Part shown: in pieces, positions 19,519-30,300 of the stretch
How positions within the stretch are numbered: position 1 is the stretch's first letter
Layout: the number at the start of each line of letters is the position of its first letter
Assembly (NCBI GenBank): GCA_965218095.1
Contig: OZ244587.1
Location: forward strand, 2,144,001 to 2,208,000
DNA from: Candidatus Poribacteria bacterium
Lineage (GTDB): Bacteria; Poribacteria; WGA-4E; PCPOR2b
Length of the DNA: 64,000 bases
Reading direction: 5' to 3'
The notes under the pieces: generated by a model
Seen by the model: only the letters and a program-made list of their open reading frames with translations
Told to the model about the DNA's origin: nothing
The model's database searches: none
Position numbers and translations under genes: made by a program

Positions 19519-20283
19519 TTACTTCGCGCCTTTTTTCTTGAAATCAGCATTCGTAAAATTGATCTCAAGTTCTCCGCTGGCAGAAACTTCGACAGCCTTG
19601 GCTTTTGTCGTTCCAAGCTCCTCGTGCCATGCTTGAATGCGATATTTGCCGGCAGGAACACCTTTGATTGCGTACGCCCCGTTATCGCTTGATGCTTCAT
19701 AATCGTCGGAACTGACCCACTTGCCATCTTTGCCCTTATAACCCGTCACGGCGTAATAGTCATTGTCTGCGACAAAGATATATCCCGCCATCCAATTGTG
19801 GATATCGCAGGTGAACTTAATAGCCTCGCGCTTTGCTAATTTCAGGGGGAAAGCTTTACCGGGGCCAGGTATCAGCCAATTGGGAGCTTCGTTTTTTTTC
19901 GCATGGGAATGAACGTTATGCGCAACCGGATCGCTGGATTGTATATCCACGGTCGTACCTGCAACCACTGCCAGAACGTGTGGGGTATATGCACATCCAA
20001 CTTGATCCATGACCGGATTTTTGGAAGGCGGTGTCGCCTTGGCTTTGCGTGCGCGTACATAGACAACTACATTCTTGATCCCTTTACCTTTGGAAACGAC
20101 AAGCGCCTCAGCCTTCGTTCCTTTTACAGCGTTGATACAGTGCTGGTCTTTGGTTGCCGTCAGGGGCTGGCGCGTAGGTGGAGCCCCATCATACGTGACC
20201 GTCCCGATGATTGTGGCGGCAGACGCGAAGCTGATTATGAATATGAAAAGACTAAGTGTCATCAGGGTCATTACGGTTTTCAT
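19519..20283 (-). CDS. secreted cupredoxin-like / carboxypeptidase-regulatory-like domain protein, copy 2
   Basis: Signal peptide; DQVGCAYTPHV, HNVH, CDIHNWM, VPAGKY.IQAWHE; paralog of 12153..12941. Confidence 0.8.
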   Translation of the reverse strand: MKTVMTLMTLSLFIFIISFASAATIIGTVTYDGAPPTRQPLTATKDQHCINAVKGTKAEALVVSKGKGIKNVVVYVRARKAKATPPSKNPVMDQVGCAYTPHVLAVVAGTTVDIQSSDPVAHNVHSHAKKNEAPNWLIPGPGKAFPLKLAKREAIKFTCDIHNWMAGYIFVADNDYYAVTGYKGKDGKWVSSDDYEASSDNGAYAIKGVPAGKYRIQAWHEELGTTKAKAVEVSASGELEINFTNADFKKKGAK

Positions 20284-20347
20284 GATTTAATTTATCCTTT
20301 CTTTTTCTGAATACGATACTGCAAGGTTTTTGTAAAGATCGAACACT

Positions 20348-20410
20348 ATAGTAGCATGATACAAAAAAGAGGACAAGGGTTAAAAACGAAAACATCACGG
20401 ATATCCGTGA
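20348..20410 (-). promoter_or_regulatory. sigma70 promoter (TTGTCC-N17-TACTAT, extended TG) plus upstream palindrome TCACGGATATCCGTGA
   Basis: -10 at 20348-20353, -35 at 20371-20376, palindrome at 20395-20410; same architecture at 33124-33186. Confidence 0.75.
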
Positions 20411-20676
20411 CACGATGACAGGCGCATATTCCGCTTTTACTGGCCCGTCGAAGTGGGTCGGAAATTTCCTTTGAACTCATGGTAATTCCTCAGTTGTATA
20501 ATCGCACCGACGGAAACGTGATTCTCTTGTTCCCTCTGTTCAATATTTCTGGAGATCTGCTCTGGCAGGGGATTGATATGCTCACTGAAATCATCGCCGA
20601 ACTTAATCAAGAAATGGACTCGTGATAACCAAATGCTCCACGCTAGGTCGATTTCTGAGGTTTCACCATTTACGCA

Positions 20677-22023
20677 TCACGCTTCCCAATTTCCTTTTCG
20701 TTTTCTATCCGCCGATCTATAGTAAATTCGCAGCGGCGTCCCGCTGAAGCCGAATGCCTCGCGGATACCGTTCATCAGATAGGCTTCATAATGGGGCTGG
20801 ATTTTATTCGCATGACGCGCAAAAAGTAGGAATGTTGGCGGTTGGGTCTTGATTTGTGTGATATATTTCAAGGCGGGACGAACACCACCGGCGCGTGGCG
20901 GTTGATGAGCGTTTTTGAGGTGTGCGAGAAGGTTATTTAACCCGTACGTGGGGACGCTCGTAGAATACTCGCGATGAATGACGAGCGTGAGATCGAGAAG
21001 TTTCATCACACGCTGGCCCGTAAGCGCCGAAACAAAGAGCAGTGGGACATAGGACAATTGTGGCATTTGGTGACGAATCGATTCGACAAACTGATTAAAC
21101 GTGGTATTATCCTTCTCGATCAGATCCCATTTGTTCACGACCAAAATACACGCTTTGCCCTGTCTGGCGATATAGCTTGCGATGGTTTTGTCTTGATGCG
21201 CGATTTCGCGAGTGGCATCGATAACAAGCCATGAAATATTGCTTTGACGAATGCTACGGATGGCACGCTGAACGGTGGCTTGTTCGAGTTGACTATCGAT
21301 TGCAGATTTTCGCCGCATCCCCGCGGTGTCGATTAGCTCAAACGGCACAGCGTCATGCACGAAACTGATGTTCACGGCGTCGCGTGTTGTGCCGGGCCGC
21401 TCATCGACAATCATCCGCTCCTCGCCGAGAATCGCGTTGATGAGCGACGATTTGCCTGCATTCGGACGGCCAACGATGGCAACCTTAATCCCTTTGGCAG
21501 GGGCATCGGGACTTTCTATTTCTGCTTCCGGCATGGCGAACACAACTTCGTCAAGCAGAATGTTAATCCCCATGTTCTGGGCGCACGAGATAAACAAAGG
21601 GTCACCCAAGCCAAGTTGATAAAACTCCGTTCCTTCGGTTTCCAGCCTCACATTATCCGCTTTATTGACGACGACGAAGATCTGCTTGTCCGTCTTTCGC
21701 AGCATGTCTGCAATCAGCAGGTCTTGCGGCATGATGCCTGTCTTTGCGTCAACCACAAACAGGATCGCCGTCGCTTCATTCAACGCTACTTCGACCTGCC
21801 ATTGCACACTATCAATGAGGTCATCCTCCGGATCGAGATCTAAACCGCCCGTATCGACAATCGTAAAGGCGTGGTCGTCCCACTCAACGTCCGCATAGAT
21901 CCGATCGCGCGTCACACCCGGCTGATCGTGGACGACAGCGATCCGTTCTTTGGCGATCAGATTAAAGAGAGAAGATTTCCCTACGTTGGGTCTTCCGACA
22001 ATTGCAACGATGGGTTGTGCCAT
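20677..22023 (-). CDS. der: ribosome biogenesis GTPase Der (EngA)
   Basis: Two GTPase domains ([16 protein letters not shown]; [16 protein letters not shown]) plus KH-like C-terminus; AAGGAGG RBS before ATG 22023. Confidence 0.97.
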   Translation of the reverse strand: MAQPIVAIVGRPNVGKSSLFNLIAKERIAVVHDQPGVTRDRIYADVEWDDHAFTIVDTGGLDLDPEDDLIDSVQWQVEVALNEATAILFVVDAKTGIMPQDLLIADMLRKTDKQIFVVVNKADNVRLETEGTEFYQLGLGDPLFISCAQNMGINILLDEVVFAMPEAEIESPDAPAKGIKVAIVGRPNAGKSSLINAILGEERMIVDERPGTTRDAVNISFVHDAVPFELIDTAGMRRKSAIDSQLEQATVQRAIRSIRQSNISWLVIDATREIAHQDKTIASYIARQGKACILVVNKWDLIEKDNTTFNQFVESIRHQMPQLSYVPLLFVSALTGQRVMKLLDLTLVIHREYSTSVPTYGLNNLLAHLKNAHQPPRAGGVRPALKYITQIKTQPPTFLLFARHANKIQPHYEAYLMNGIREAFGFSGTPLRIYYRSADRKRKGNWEA

Positions 22024-22069
22024 GAACGACGCCTCCTTTCTTGATACGAGCATAATGCGTAAAACATAT

Positions 22070-23722
22070 TCATGCTAGTTGTTTGGCTTCTGGAGCGTCG
22101 CCAGATTCTAGCGTCTCGATAACGCCGGCGCCAACGCTATCACCCCAGACGTTGACGGTTGTCCGACATCGGTCAAGGAACCAATCGATTGTCAGGATCA
22201 ACCCGATACCTTCAATCGGCAGCCCAACGGCTTTCAAGACAATCACCATCGTTACAAGTCCGGCCTCTGGGATGCCCGCCGCGCCGATGGCGGCAAGCGT
22301 CGCGGTCAGGAAGATGACCATCTGCTGGACGGGGCTCATGTCGATTCCATAGACTTGCGCAATGAACATCGCAGCAACGGCTTCGTAGAGGGCTGTGCCG
22401 TCCATGTTAATGGTCGCCCCGAGTGGCAGGACAAAACTCGCTGTCCGATTGGATACCCCATTTTCCTCCTCGGTTCCTTTCATTGTCAACGGCAGGGTCG
22501 CGGAACTTGAGGACGTGGAAAAAGCATTTAACAGCGCTGCCCCCATTCCCTTAGCGTAAGTCAATGGGTTTCGTCTCCCAATCAGAAAGAGGATTATCGG
22601 TAACACAACGATGCCGTGCATGAGGAGTCCGAATATGACAGTGAAACTATATTTCCCAACCGCAAGGAGTTCCGGCAGGAAGCCGCGGAAACCGCCGGCA
22701 TCGCCAATGCGCCCGGCGATCAACCCGAAGATGCCAATCGGCGCAAAGATCATGATCCAGTGGACGATTCGCATGACAGCGCCATTCAGGGCGGAGATAA
22801 CATCAGTGGCAAGCCGTCCGCGCTCACCCAAAATGGAAAGCGCCGCTCCAATCAGCAGCGAGAAGAAGATCAGCGGCAGAATGTCCGTGCGCACCATCGC
22901 GTTGAAAAGATTTCGCGGAATCAAGCCTTCTTTTCCAGTTGCCTTGTTTCCAATCAAAACCTCCGTTAACGTATTACCGACACTCCTTCCCTCTTTGCCA
23001 CGTACTTTTCCAGCAACGGGCAAATCAATTTTTACGCCTTTTCCTTCAAGTCGAAGCTGTGGTTCATCGGAAACGAGTTGTCCCTCAACGCGACGAAATG
23101 GTAGGCGCGTGTCATCATCTGCGATGACATAAATCGTCTCAGCCACTTCAAGGCGTTCCCACAACCTCACCGTAGCCGAGTTTTCGGTCATCGACTGAAG
23201 CATGCCCCGCATCCCCTGATCTGGCAGAATCAGCACATACTTCTGGTCATATCGTGTCTTCTCCCAACTGCTGTTCGTTAAAGTCACCGTGCGGTTATTT
23301 TCGCCGCCAACGGTATAGGTAAATTCCGGGTGTTCCTCGCCGCGGGAGATACCTGCCCCTGGTTGGATGATGTTAACTAGGATAAGACCAATGAACACTG
23401 AAATCCCGGTCGTCGCCATGTAGTAAAGGACAGTACGTCCGCCGATTGAACCGAGATTGCGAATATCCCCCAAGCCCGTAATGCCAACAATCATTGAAAG
23501 CATGACGAGGGGGACTACAATCATTTTCAAAGCGTTCAGAAATATATCGCCGAGCAGCGTCGTCTTCACCGCGAAGTTTGGCAGCCATCCGCCAACGACA
23601 AGTCCAACAATGATGGCGATGACGATGCCAACGAGGATGCGTTGGCTGCCACCTTCTGTTGATGCCTCCGAAGATGTAGGGGGATTTGTTTGAGCCATTT
23701 TAGGGGAATTTGTTTGAGCCAT
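22070..23722 (-). CDS. dicarboxylate/amino acid:cation symporter (DAACS, GltP-like) with a large loop insertion
   Basis: [56 protein letters not shown] motifs. Confidence 0.93.
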   Translation of the reverse strand: MAQTNSPKMAQTNPPTSSEASTEGGSQRILVGIVIAIIVGLVVGGWLPNFAVKTTLLGDIFLNALKMIVVPLVMLSMIVGITGLGDIRNLGSIGGRTVLYYMATTGISVFIGLILVNIIQPGAGISRGEEHPEFTYTVGGENNRTVTLTNSSWEKTRYDQKYVLILPDQGMRGMLQSMTENSATVRLWERLEVAETIYVIADDDTRLPFRRVEGQLVSDEPQLRLEGKGVKIDLPVAGKVRGKEGRSVGNTLTEVLIGNKATGKEGLIPRNLFNAMVRTDILPLIFFSLLIGAALSILGERGRLATDVISALNGAVMRIVHWIMIFAPIGIFGLIAGRIGDAGGFRGFLPELLAVGKYSFTVIFGLLMHGIVVLPIILFLIGRRNPLTYAKGMGAALLNAFSTSSSSATLPLTMKGTEEENGVSNRTASFVLPLGATINMDGTALYEAVAAMFIAQVYGIDMSPVQQMVIFLTATLAAIGAAGIPEAGLVTMVIVLKAVGLPIEGIGLILTIDWFLDRCRTTVNVWGDSVGAGVIETLESGDAPEAKQLA

Positions 23723-23752
23723 TTGTTGATACCTCCTTCAGTTACCACATCT

Positions 23753-24118
23753 TTATGTTTTACTCAATATAACTTCTTTGATAAACGTCAGAAGATCTTG
23801 CTGTTGCTCATGGGTTAGATAGTAGGAAAACGCAGGCATATCCTTCTTTCCAAAGTTAATGCTATGGATGAGTTGTTCGTCACTGCGTTCCTCCCAAAAC
23901 GCCGCTGTCGTCAGATTTGCCGGTCTAAGCCGTTTGAAGCGCCCAATCCGACCATTACCTTCACCGTTTGCGCCATGACACCCAGCACAATATCTCGCAT
24001 AATTATACTCAACCTCAGAGCCATACCTGGTGCTTGGATCAACTGTGCGACAAAGCCAAATCAGCCAACTCAGGCTAGCGGCGATCATCGCAATGATGAT
24101 TAGAAGATGTCGGATCAT
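23753..24118 (-). CDS. small monoheme cytochrome c with N-terminal anchor
   Basis: CAGCHG; PANLT; DMPAF. Confidence 0.85.
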   Translation of the reverse strand: MIRHLLIIIAMIAASLSWLIWLCRTVDPSTRYGSEVEYNYARYCAGCHGANGEGNGRIGRFKRLRPANLTTAAFWEERSDEQLIHSINFGKKDMPAFSYYLTHEQQQDLLTFIKEVILSKT

Positions 24119-24283
24119 TTGACTGTAGTTAGGGTTGGGTAGAAGTCACTGCCTTCAAGTGCTGACCACGAAATTTCCTCCAGGAGCGGAGGACGGTTAA
24201 ATACAAAGGGAATTCGGTCACGCTCCGAGCCAATTTTCATCAACCGCTCGGGGAATGGGTAATCGTTGAGGTCATCTGAAAAC

Positions 24284-26059
24284 TCAATGACCTTTAGTAG
24301 GCTTAATTTTCTTGACTAGCCGATATATAGATTTGGCTCGTTCTTCCAAAAAAACCATGTAGTCATCATCGTATAGACCATCAATAAAATCCTCAGCATT
24401 TGGTATCAAGTGGTTCTCCAAGCTCTTAACAAGTTTTGGGTTCGCCTTTTTTAAATCACTCAGGTATTTAGAGGGAGCCTTTTTCCCGATTTTTATATTT
24501 GTCAACTTAGGTATCAATGTGCGATTGGCAACTGAGTCAATATGTTCAATTACTTCTTCGTTATCTCTGTATTTACTCCGCAAGAAAGAATCAGGGAAAA
24601 TATGATGGGCTTCAAGGTTACTATTGAAAGACAAGCGATTGGTATTTTGCCAATCAATTAACCCTCCTTCACCAAAGTTAACCAGGTTTAGTATGCCCCT
24701 ATAAAGAGAACTCCCTTTATTGTTCAGTGAAAGAATCTCTTCCTTAGAATTAATCTGTATCCGAAGTTTGTCGCAATATGTCCTATCCGTAGTATGTCCG
24801 TCGTTGGCTATTTTTATCAATTTACCTGTATCTTCGAGGATTACTTCGTTTGATGAACCCGAATACCTTTGAGAAAAAATAGAACCCCAATACCAGTATC
24901 GAAGGAATTCATTTTGCCTCTCGTTCATTTGGGAAAAATCATGCCCTGGAAATTCTCTTAGAAACATAATCAAGGGAATCAACATATTTTCATAAGGCAT
25001 CCATGATTGAGAAAGTATGAAGTGGTTTTTGTAAAGCCAATCCAAACATTTTTGATATAGCTCACAAATTATCTCCCAGTGTTCGTTAAAGTCTTTGGCA
25101 GTCAAATTTTGAAGTATGTACGACCTAGCAATCTGACGATGTTGGCTCACGATATAGGCGATACACCTCACCACAATCTGAAGGTTAAGTAAGGTAAAGC
25201 GGTGTATGTCTTCAAACTCGACGGTTTTATCCCGCAGATTAAATCCACCGTATAATTTTGCGGTAAGAATATCAACGAAATTGAGTTGAATTCCTCTGCT
25301 GTTGCTTCTCTCAAAGAACAGAGCAAATTTTTCTTGGGTTGTGTCCAGCAGATAGTAGGAGATGAGTTTCTCCGCCTTGAATAAATCTTCTAACTTATTT
25401 AGGATTCCTAAAAACTTATCAAACAGTTCGTCAGATCGTTTTGAGTCTTGTGATACCCTTTTCCCAAACCTGGTGTTTTCAAAACATTCTCGTTTGTGAT
25501 CCTCACGTTTAATCTTCCCTTCAATAATTGACCACACATCGGCAATCTTCACCGACAATCGGTCTGGGTTCTCTTGCCCACTGATTTCAAAAAGGAGCTC
25601 CTCAAGATTTTGTCTGTTGATGCCTCTGCTTGATGCTTCATCATCAAGTTCGTCGTCGTTTTTGGTAACAAACCAGACCGAGTCAGCTTCCGTGAGCGCA
25701 CGATATATTGAAGTAATTCTTTGCTGACCGTCTAAAATCAAGTGAAAGTTAGTCGTTTTGACCTTCGCATTGATTTGCTCTTTAGTGTAATGCTCCTTTT
25801 TTAGTCCGTGTCTCCTTTTTCCCTTCTGTTTTCGAGGTCTACAATCTATTTCCCTTACAGTAATTTCAAATGAAGGCACACCATAAATCAGTGAACCAAT
25901 GAACACTCCTCGCACTAAAGAATCAAATAGGTCATAAGTTTTACTCACTTCCCACACGAATTCTCTTTGGAATTCAGGCAAGATGATGTTTTTGCCATCA
26001 ATATTCTCAATTAAACCCTTCAGTGACTCTGTGTTTGCCGTTTGAATGTCGTTTAACAT
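24284..26059 (-). CDS. DUF262/DUF1524 GmrSD-type modification-dependent restriction endonuclease
   Basis: LPEFQREFVW, ILDGQQRITS, FERSNSRG, and C-terminal HHIFP...NRTLI...N..IG; visibly AT-rich relative to its flanks. Confidence 0.85.
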   Translation of the reverse strand: MLNDIQTANTESLKGLIENIDGKNIILPEFQREFVWEVSKTYDLFDSLVRGVFIGSLIYGVPSFEITVREIDCRPRKQKGKRRHGLKKEHYTKEQINAKVKTTNFHLILDGQQRITSIYRALTEADSVWFVTKNDDELDDEASSRGINRQNLEELLFEISGQENPDRLSVKIADVWSIIEGKIKREDHKRECFENTRFGKRVSQDSKRSDELFDKFLGILNKLEDLFKAEKLISYYLLDTTQEKFALFFERSNSRGIQLNFVDILTAKLYGGFNLRDKTVEFEDIHRFTLLNLQIVVRCIAYIVSQHRQIARSYILQNLTAKDFNEHWEIICELYQKCLDWLYKNHFILSQSWMPYENMLIPLIMFLREFPGHDFSQMNERQNEFLRYWYWGSIFSQRYSGSSNEVILEDTGKLIKIANDGHTTDRTYCDKLRIQINSKEEILSLNNKGSSLYRGILNLVNFGEGGLIDWQNTNRLSFNSNLEAHHIFPDSFLRSKYRDNEEVIEHIDSVANRTLIPKLTNIKIGKKAPSKYLSDLKKANPKLVKSLENHLIPNAEDFIDGLYDDDYMVFLEERAKSIYRLVKKIKPTKGH

Positions 26060-26105
26060 GATTTACTCCTAAGTCACGTGATAATGCTTGGCAATAGAGT
26101 TAATT

Positions 26106-27214
26106 GAGGGGTGTGCATAGTAGTTCATTGGAAAACAGCCGCCATATGAGAGATATTGCGAGCAGGTAACTTCCATATGGCATTGGCAATCATAGCCACT
26201 TGCACTGATAACACCCCGATAGCTAAACAACAGCGTACATTGAAAAACCCCTTGACCGGTAACTGCTTCTGTTGAGGAGTGGTGCCTATCACTTTAGCAA
26301 TCAAGTCAAACAACGGTTCAACCGAACTGCGACGTTTGCTTAAACAGAGACGCTGCTTGGGTTGGTTGATAAATCGATGATACGCCTTGGCAAACCGTCC
26401 CTTTGTCCATCTAAGTGCCGGGGTAATCAAAGCGACTTGTGCCTTCGCCCAACGACGGATACGGTCTGCTTGGGTATAGGCATCATCGGCAGTGAGTGTC
26501 TGCGGTGAAAGTTGTGTCAGAATCTCAGACGCTTTAGCATCTATCGCCCAACTTTCGGAGACCGACGCACGGTGCACAGTTATCAGTGTTGGGAACGCAC
26601 CTTGTGTGCAGATAATGTGAAGTCCGTAGCCATAGACCCAGCCATGATAACCACTCTTGCTCCACGTGGCATCGGTGTCGAGGTTGCGTAGATGTTTAGG
26701 TGCTTTTCCTGCTTTGCGGTCAGTTTGATGCCAGACGGGTCCTCGTGCCTTAAATAAACTTTTGTCGGCTACCAGATGAGCCAAGTTGAATTGTTGGGAC
26801 AAGTCAGTGGCATACTGACCGATAAACAATACAAATGCCTCTATCACTTCATATAATGCCTTATAGCGACGTGCAATCGTGGTTCGATGAGGGGGCTGTT
26901 GCCACCCCAGCATTTGTAACACTTCTGGGTGATTGATTAGCCACCGCCATTGCGTTTTGAAGCCATAGATGCCGTGAAACTGCATCAACATGAAGAAAAT
27001 GATAAACGAGGTGGTTGAATATGTCAATGGTTTTGCGTGTGTGACACCTGGTTTGTCAATACGGTGTTGCATAAACTGCTCAAAGAGTTGCATAATAAGA
27101 GTGACATAATCAGCCAACATTGGTCTTTGTACCATATTGGGGCTCCTTTTGCTATGATAACAATAGGAAACCCTTTTGGCTTGATTATGTCAACTATATT
27201 TATGCACACCCCTC
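26106..27214 (-). mobile_element. insertion sequence, 1109 bp, with 14-bp terminal IR and 8-bp target duplication
   Basis: GAGGGGTGTGCATA...TATGCACACCCCTC perfect IR; AGTTAATT repeated at 26098-26105 and 27215-27222. Confidence 0.9.
26125..27135 (-). CDS. DDE transposase (IS982/IS5-like; family not resolved)
   Basis: HRTTIARR helix-turn-helix region; VADKS, DTDATW...GWVYGYGLH, ADDAY, RSSVEPLF catalytic regions. Confidence 0.88.
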   Translation of the reverse strand: MVQRPMLADYVTLIMQLFEQFMQHRIDKPGVTHAKPLTYSTTSFIIFFMLMQFHGIYGFKTQWRWLINHPEVLQMLGWQQPPHRTTIARRYKALYEVIEAFVLFIGQYATDLSQQFNLAHLVADKSLFKARGPVWHQTDRKAGKAPKHLRNLDTDATWSKSGYHGWVYGYGLHIICTQGAFPTLITVHRASVSESWAIDAKASEILTQLSPQTLTADDAYTQADRIRRWAKAQVALITPALRWTKGRFAKAYHRFINQPKQRLCLSKRRSSVEPLFDLIAKVIGTTPQQKQLPVKGFFNVRCCLAIGVLSVQVAMIANAIWKLPARNISHMAAVFQ

Positions 27215-27366
27215 AGTTAATTGGAAATAAGCCGATTCTACAATATGTTGGGTAATAAACGACAATTTACTGCTAAATATTGTGGATTGTCGTTATTTCC
27301 AAATATGTCTAATGTACTTCAGTATTTGATGCGCCATGGTTTCTGACCTCAAACTAAAATCCCAAA

Positions 27367-30300
27367 TCACTCACTAAGCGAGATGAGATAATCCCTGACA
27401 AAGCGAATCTGCTTTTCGGCGTCATTATCCGCGAAGCCTTCTACAGCCTGATACTCCCCACCAATCTTGGGCCAATTTTGAGGCATCGCTGTTCCCGGTT
27501 GGAAGGTTTGCGGATCTTTCAGCCATTCAATGACCCAATCCGCTTTGAGACGGTGTTTGGCTAAGGCAAGATCTGGACGCCCTGTCTTATCACTACCTGG
27601 GGGAATAACTTCGCCTTGTTCTGGATGACAGGAGATGCATTGAAGCGCATCAAAAATCTGTTTGCCAACACTGAGCTGCGTTTGATCCGGCGGTTGCAAA
27701 GCTATCGTTTCATACGGGAATGGCTCATCCGAAAGCGCCGAGAAATATTTAACAAGGGCAGTAGCATCATCATCCACCAGACCAAAAGTCGGCATCCGAA
27801 CCTCAAGCCCATAGCGAATCGGGGTTGGACCTTTCAAAAACTCGAACAGCCAATCCGGGTAAACCTTCGCGCCTTGCGCTTGCAGGGTCGGCGGGGCCAA
27901 ACGTTGCGCATTAGTCAGATCGAGTTCCTTATTGGCAGCAACGACGTTAACAAAATCGCCGCCCTTCCCTTCGATTTGATGGCATCCTGTACAATTGAAT
28001 TTCTTGACCAACCGTTGTCCAGCATCAATCTGGCTTGTCTTTTCACTCGGTTGGTGAATGTAACTGAGCGGGTATTTTTCGGGTTGGAAGCTCTTGATCA
28101 GAACGGCGAGTGCCCGCGCATCGTCCTCGTCAATTGGGAATATAGGCATCCGAGAGACGATGCGGCGCGTCTGGTACCTTCTTGGATTGGTGACCTTACC
28201 AATCGTCCACCCATGCCAACTGTGTTCAATATTTGTCGTATCCCCGAAGTCAAGTTCCTCAACGGTCTTTGCACCGAACTCACCGAGGTCCGCGCCGACC
28301 TTTGACTCATTTTCAAACCCCGGAATATTGTGGCAACCAAGGCAGCCGTAAGTCCGAACAAACTTTTCCCCCTCAGCCGGATCGATCTCCGCATCAGGAT
28401 ATTCTTGACCGGCGACAGGAGAGGTAATCGGCGCTTTCAGGCTCATCAAATAAGCCACAACGTTATCAACTTCGGAATCGGTCAGGCGAAGGCTCGGCAT
28501 AACCGTGTCAGGGTCATAAGACTTTGGATTACTGATCCACCGACGGAGAAAATTGGGAGTTACTTTACTGCCAACGCCCTCCAGCTTCGGTGCAAAATCA
28601 CTCCCTAATTCGCCCACAGCATGACATGCAAGACAGCCTACCGTTTTAACGGTTTCCTCACCCGCAGCAATTGCTTCGGGAGATGTCGAGAATGTCGCAT
28701 CAGCTTGATCGATTGTTGGATCTTTCATCTGCGCGAGGAACGCCGCGATGGATTTCACCTCGTCCACAATTTTGTCGATCGCACTGTCTTGATAAGGATA
28801 TGGGGTTCCATCGTCCTTTTGGAGTATGATACCGTCGACTGTCTTGGTAACGACCCCGGTGTGCTTATTTCCATTTTTAAGATAGACCATCTGGGTCAGT
28901 TTTTCGACGGGAAAGAAGGTTGGCATTTTGGTATCCGGCAAATAAGCCGCTGGTTTTTTGATCCAACCTTCAAGCCAGTCAACATTATTGACTTTGCTTC
29001 CAATTTTGGCAAGCGATGGACCAACTTTGTCTATATTCGCCAATGCGGAGTATCCTTCAACAGCGTGACAACCGTGACACCCTAAATCTTCAAAGAGCCC
29101 CATCCCTTTTGAGAGGTCGGGCGAATAATCGCGTGTCTCCCCAGTTTCTGGAGATGGATAGTCCAACATCATGACGCCATCATGGCAGCGACGACAATTG
29201 GATTGCATATATCCTCGGAATTCTTCTGACGCTTTGCCGGTATGTTCATCTAGTCCCAAAACCGGTGTCAGCCAAAATTCCTTATGAGTCAGCGCATGTG
29301 CAGATTTCTGGGTAAGGGCTTGTCCTTGTCCGCCGTGACATAGTACACAGCCGAATCGCTCGACAGGGTGTTTGGCGAGAAGCACATCTCGGTGAGGGTG
29401 TGTACGAAGTTCAGAGTCGTAGCCAGTTTCATACGTAATTTCGACCACATCAGCGTAAATGTCCGGATCATTAAAGGTGAATGTCCCATCGTCGCTCAAT
29501 TTATAACTACCTTCCTCCGCTTCCTCTTCATCAATCAGAACTATTTCGCCTCCAACCTTCACGAATGGATGCATCAATTGATAAGAGAGTTTGCTTTCTC
29601 CATCCCCTTCAACCGCCTCAAATGTCTCTTTAGCGGTTGCTTCATATCCACTTTTGTCCGTCGCAAAGTGGCAGGTTGCACATCGATCTGCCGTATAATC
29701 AAAATCCTGAATGTAGTATTGAACAAGCGATCGTGTTTTTGTGAACGGACTTTCGAGTAAGTCTCCAGCAATGGTTCGTTTAATACCACTTACAGAGTGA
29801 AGTTTTTCTTCGATTTTTGCAATAGCTACATGTTTCGCCTGATTGGCTTTAATCTCACCCACCTTTGCACGAAGCTCACTGGTTTTATCCGTCAACGCCG
29901 TGTCTGGTGGATTATATTTTTTGGCAAGTAGATATTCACCCAATGCTGCTTCAAGGTGCTCACTGGCCTCATACAACTCGGCTAACCCTCTATAAGCGCC
30001 AGAGAGTTTACGCTTGGCCTCCAACACAGCGTCAGTCAACTCTCCCTCAATCCGACTTTCACTTTCGTCCAACTTCCCTTTCCATTTTTCTGATTTCTCT
30101 TTTTCTTTATGATGCAGGGCATGTTGATATTTGTAGTTAATCGCGTCAGCCTCACTTTGCTCAAACTTGCGGTCTTGTAAGGCTTCATCAAGTTTTATCT
30201 TTGCTCTTGTGATTACGCTTCTCAATTTACCCTCTTGTTGTGGATCAATATCTTGAGGCTCTTGAATCTCAGGCAAATCCTTTTTTGCGTTTTCCATCTC

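Noticed and set aside
20505-20626. Short plus-strand frame DGNVILLFPLFNISGDLLWQGIDML resembling a class III aminotransferase C-terminus
   Set aside because: Too short and degenerate to call without a database search.
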